Of a DNA stretch of 64,000 nucleotides, positions 60,366 to 64,000 are shown piece after piece. Source of the DNA: Nitrospirota bacterium (lineage in GTDB: Bacteria; Nitrospirota; UBA9217). The notes under the pieces are model-generated. The model did not search any database. It saw only the letters and a list, made by a program, of their open reading frames with translations, and had not been told where the DNA came from. Numbering within the stretch: position 1 is the first letter of the stretch; each line of letters begins with the position of its first letter. A program made the position numbers and the translations under genes. Location of the stretch: the NCBI GenBank assembly GCA_963749655.1, contig CAVVOB010000029.1:1-64000 (forward strand), written 5' to 3'.

Positions 60366-60779
60366 TCAAACGTCCACGACGCACTGCGCAACATACCGGC
60401 CGCCTTCGTTCTTCACTGCCAGCATGTGGTACGTTGCGCCTTTTGCCTCCACCTTCGGCTCATGCCGTACGCGGTCCAGGGCCTCTCCCCAGGCAGAACC
60501 ACGGAGAGCCGCCCCCTCCACCTTCACGTGGAACCGAGAGAACACCATGCGTTCGACGTCGGACAGGGAAAGCAAGGCATTCAGCCATTCCACAAATAGC
60601 AGCTCGATGTCGGGAGCTGAAACCGAAATGTCCCGCCGCGTTATTGCCTTGACGGCATCAACATTGACCACCACGGAGTAGAGCGCGACAGCGGCGTTTT
60701 CGAACGCCTCTTCGACCGTGTTCCCGAATCCCCGGATGCCGATGTCCGCTTCATGGTCGAAGGTCTCATAGTTCTTCAT
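60366..60779 (-). CDS. Archease
   Basis: FDHEADIG, KGATYH, C-terminal VVDV. Confidence 0.92.
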   Translation of the reverse strand: MKNYETFDHEADIGIRGFGNTVEEAFENAAVALYSVVVNVDAVKAITRRDISVSAPDIELLFVEWLNALLSLSDVERMVFSRFHVKVEGAALRGSAWGEALDRVRHEPKVEAKGATYHMLAVKNEGGRYVAQCVVDV

Positions 60780-61831
60780 GCCTTGTCTGAACTCCGTCCT
60801 CCCGCACCGATACTCGTTCCTTCTCCCCACACGCCGGCGATCGGTGCGCCGCAGAAACCGCACTTTCCTTCTGCCAGGTTGTATGCTTCAACGCTGAAGC
60901 CGACGCGCTCGATCAGGGTCTCTCCGCATTTCCAGCAGAAGGTGTCCTCTCCCTCCCCCGGCACATTGCCTTCATACACATACCGAAGGCCGGCGTCCAG
61001 TCCGATCTTTCGTGCGCGGCTGAGCGTTTCCACCGGCGTTCGCGGCCGGTCCGCAAGTTTGTAGGTGGGATGGAACCTCGAAACGTGCCAGGGGATGTCC
61101 TCGCTCACGGACCTGATGAAGCCTGCGAGCTCGGCGAGTTCCTTGTCCGAATCGTTCAGGCCCGGGATGACGAGGGTCGTGATCTCGATCCAGATCCCGT
61201 ACTCCCGATACAATCTGATCGCATCAAGCACCGGCTGGAGCCGCGCGCCGCACACTTCGCGGTAAAACTCGTCCCGAAAGCCCTTGAGATCGATGTTTGC
61301 CGCGTGCAGGTAAGGCCGGATCGTCTCAAGCGCCTCGGGCGTGATATAACCGTTCGTCACGAACACGTTCCTGAGCCCGGCTTCCGCTGCAAGCCTCGCA
61401 GTATCGAGTGCCAGTTCGAAATAGATTGTGGGTTCGGTATAGGTGTAGGAAATGCTGGCGCAGCGGTGGTTGCGGGCGCTGGTGACGATTTCATGGGGCG
61501 TGATCTCTTCTCCCATGATCAGCCCCCCACGGTCATGAGGGAGCTGTGAAATATCGGCGTTCTGGCAGTGTTTGCAGCGGAAATTGCATCCCGGCGTGGC
61601 GATGGAATAGGAACCGCTGCCGGGTAGGAAATGGAAAAGCGGTTTTTTCTCGATCGGATCGATGTTCCGGGCGATGACCTTATCGTAGACGAGCGTGTAG
61701 AGGGTGCCCTCGCGGTTCTCGCGCACTGCGCAGATGCCGCGTCTGCCCGGAGGGATAAGACAGCGGTGACTGCACAGTCCGCAGCGGACGCCTTTGTTCT
61801 CTCGTGGCTCCTGGAACAATGCGGACTTCAT
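60776..61831 (-). CDS. amrS: AmmeMemoRadiSam-system radical SAM enzyme
   Basis: DPIEKKPLFHF, GCNFRCKHCQN, YTYTEPT. Confidence 0.9.
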   Translation of the reverse strand: MKSALFQEPRENKGVRCGLCSHRCLIPPGRRGICAVRENREGTLYTLVYDKVIARNIDPIEKKPLFHFLPGSGSYSIATPGCNFRCKHCQNADISQLPHDRGGLIMGEEITPHEIVTSARNHRCASISYTYTEPTIYFELALDTARLAAEAGLRNVFVTNGYITPEALETIRPYLHAANIDLKGFRDEFYREVCGARLQPVLDAIRLYREYGIWIEITTLVIPGLNDSDKELAELAGFIRSVSEDIPWHVSRFHPTYKLADRPRTPVETLSRARKIGLDAGLRYVYEGNVPGEGEDTFCWKCGETLIERVGFSVEAYNLAEGKCGFCGAPIAGVWGEGTSIGAGGRSSDKA

Positions 61832-61895
61832 GGGATGGACCTCCCGGCGCGGATCCGGCCGATGCAGGCAGTGAACGTCCGGCGGGCCCCCGGAG

Positions 61896-62675
61896 CTACA
61901 GCGAATCAGGACGCCGGAGCTTTTCCCCTTCGAGCTTGTGCTGCACCGCCTCTGCCTGGATCCTGGTTCTGCAGTTCGTGCAGATGAGGTCCGGAGAGGG
62001 AGTGCCGCAGACGAGGCATTTCCGGTCGAGACCCGGCTTCACGCCCTCCGCCTGAAAGATCATCTCGAGAAATTCGCTCTCCGTCACATGCCCTTCCATG
62101 CGGAGGTTTTCACCGAAGAGCGTCACCGGAAGCGTGGTGACCCGGTGTTTCCTGACGAGTTCCGGGAAATCGCCGGCAGCGATGATATCGGTGTAAATCA
62201 ACGGGCTCTCGAAGGCAAGCCCGATGGCCGTTTCAGAAACGGGGTTGCACAGAGCGCAGTCGCTTTCCACGAACACGCGGATCGAAACGTCATTCGAAAG
62301 ATGCGACAGCGTCCGGCGGACTTTTTCCGGGAACCAGATTACTCCGTCGGTTACGGCTGCTATGGTGTCCAGGAGAACGTCGAGAAGAAGGCCTTCGATC
62401 ATGCCGTAGAACGTGACCGCCCGGCCTTCGCCGTCCTGCACCACCAGGGCCGGCACGGCTTTCACACCGTATTGTTCCGTCTTGTCCCGGTCCATTACGA
62501 GGTCGTACGTCTCCAGGGCGATCTTGTTTGAGCGCGCCTTGATGGTCCGGGAGAGCTCCAGCATATCGGGACAGGCAGGGCATCCCACATCCAAAGTGAA
62601 GAGGACAAGCCGAACAGGCTTGAGAAACCGGGCCTGCATGTTCCCGATTCTTGACGAGGATTGTTGCGAAAGCAT
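61896..62675 (-). CDS. Glutaredoxin-like protein-disulfide oxidoreductase (two thioredoxin folds)
   Basis: CPAC and CALC; extra C-terminal CLVC...CTNC. Confidence 0.75.
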   Translation of the reverse strand: MLSQQSSSRIGNMQARFLKPVRLVLFTLDVGCPACPDMLELSRTIKARSNKIALETYDLVMDRDKTEQYGVKAVPALVVQDGEGRAVTFYGMIEGLLLDVLLDTIAAVTDGVIWFPEKVRRTLSHLSNDVSIRVFVESDCALCNPVSETAIGLAFESPLIYTDIIAAGDFPELVRKHRVTTLPVTLFGENLRMEGHVTESEFLEMIFQAEGVKPGLDRKCLVCGTPSPDLICTNCRTRIQAEAVQHKLEGEKLRRPDSL

Positions 62676-62866
62676 TATAAAGGCCGCTCCTTCTGCACGG
62701 TGATTCGTGCTGGCTACAATTATATCAGAATTCGGCCCGAATCATCAAGAATCCGGAAGGAAAGAACGAAGAAAATAGCTTGAACAACCCATCAGGTATT
62801 GTTATAATGATTTCCAAGTTTATAATACGTTGTACTTGCTATGTATGAGACAAGGGGGGGGCGGGT

Positions 62867-63187
62867 ATGAAGAAGCTGTTGATCGTTGTAAGTGTCGTCG
62901 TCTGGATGATGGTCCCGGTTGGAGCTTTCGCCCAGAAAGTAGGCGGAGGAGATCTGACCTTTGCGCCCAAGAATGCTGCGCCCGTCGTATTCAGCCATGA
63001 CAAGCATGTCAATGGAAAAGGCCTGAAGTGTACCGGCTGCCACTACCAGATTTTCCAGATGGCCCAGGGTTCCTACAAAATGGAGATGAGCAAGATCAAC
63101 AAGGGTGACTTCTGCGGCAAATGTCATAACGGACAAAAAGGGTTCGACGTGAAGGATCCCAAGAATTGCACACGCTGCCATAAATAG
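62867..63187 (+). CDS. Triheme c7-type cytochrome
   Basis: Signal peptide; VFSH..H; three CxxCH. Confidence 0.9.
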   Translation: MKKLLIVVSVVVWMMVPVGAFAQKVGGGDLTFAPKNAAPVVFSHDKHVNGKGLKCTGCHYQIFQMAQGSYKMEMSKINKGDFCGKCHNGQKGFDVKDPKNCTRCHK

Positions 63188-63198
63188 CGGAGTGACCC

Positions 63199-63513
63199 AT
63201 GCGCATGTTGCTTACGGTTTTCATCTCACTGTTCGTACTTCTGCAGGGGCATGCTTATGCAACCGGCGGGGGCGACATCACCTTTAAACCGTCAAACGTC
63301 GAGCCCGTGCACTTCAGTCACGACTACCACATGAAAGCCAGGGGCCTCAAATGCGCTGCCTGCCACTATTCGTTGTTTTCCGACAACGGCGGCGGTTATC
63401 TGATGAAAAAAGAAAAAATGAACAAACAGGAATTCTGCGGACACTGCCACAACGGGATGAAGGCCTTCGATCTCAAATCCGACAAGAACTGCAAGCGCTG
63501 TCACCGCAAATAA
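63199..63513 (+). CDS. Triheme c7-type cytochrome, tandem paralogue
   Basis: Signal peptide; three CxxCH. Confidence 0.9.
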   Translation: MRMLLTVFISLFVLLQGHAYATGGGDITFKPSNVEPVHFSHDYHMKARGLKCAACHYSLFSDNGGGYLMKKEKMNKQEFCGHCHNGMKAFDLKSDKNCKRCHRK

Positions 63514-63580
63514 CATCCACCGCTGTTATCCGGTCCGGCAGGCCCGGCCGGAATTGCCTGTCAACGAGCATCGTCCGTCG

Positions 63581-64000
63581 CTAAAAAGGACTGGTCGTCT
63601 TCCCGTCCTTTCGCTCCGCCTGTTTCTTGCGATATGCTTCTTCTTCCTGCGCCATTTTTTTCGACTCAACCAGGCCGTACGCCCCGTATTTCCAGTTGCC
63701 CGTCTTAAAACCCGTGGCGATGGTGAGCAGTTTGTCCCTCCATGCGCACTGCACGCCGTCATAGATCACGATCGAATCCTTGCACGAGGGTTTTGTCCCG
63801 TACTTGTTCGAAAAAATGCTTTTCAGCACCTGGTGGTCGTTCATGACCTGTTCTTCGAGGTATTGCTCCTTCATCGCCGTAAGCATGGAGAAGCCGGAAA
63901 ACCGCTTCTCGTGGTTGAAGCCGAACACCACATCGACTTTCAGCGGTCCCAGGTCGAACTGCTTGAGCGTCAGGGAATCGGGTGCGCTGACGGCAAGGCT
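63581..64000 (-). CDS. Hypothetical protein, 5' end beyond the window
   Basis: ORF ending at 63581; frame appears to extend to the window edge. Confidence 0.5.
   Translation of the reverse strand, partial: SLAVSAPDSLTLKQFDLGPLKVDVVFGFNHEKRFSGFSMLTAMKEQYLEEQVMNDHQVLKSIFSNKYGTKPSCKDSIVIYDGVQCAWRDKLLTIATGFKTGNWKYGAYGLVESKKMAQEEEAYRKKQAERKDGKTTSPF

Overview
Bacterial window, probably a long-read metagenomic contig; many conserved genes carry single-base frameshifts that look like indel errors. (1) 1-6700: high-GC, error-rich segment with a complete IS1634-family element, a URO-D-like gene, an SDR and a 5'-truncated carA, abruptly joined to a 5'-truncated PAS hybrid kinase (probable chimeric junction). 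(2) 9.1-36.0 kb: complete chromosomal integron. It has a long-form intI with a GAAC-N4-GTTC (LexA-type) box in its promoter, an IS4 element between a putative Pc and attI, an attI-proximal ORF followed by 18-bp GTT...AAC palindromes, and about 24 cassettes with short attC sites. The main finding is that two IS1182-family elements and a 217-bp non-autonomous element (MITE) all sit exactly at the GTT crossover of attC sites, in one orientation, duplicating GTT and recreating a consensus GTTRRRY core. (3) 36-64 kb: backbone of an anaerobe (Nitrospirota/Desulfobacterota-like by gene content, inference) with an O2/NO-stress cluster (Prx, Rrf2, cydAB, hemerythrin, norCB, rubredoxin, protoglobin), a TetR-controlled ABC exporter, TPM proteins, rtcB-archease-amrS and triheme cytochromes. 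No rRNA, tRNA or CRISPR array was seen.
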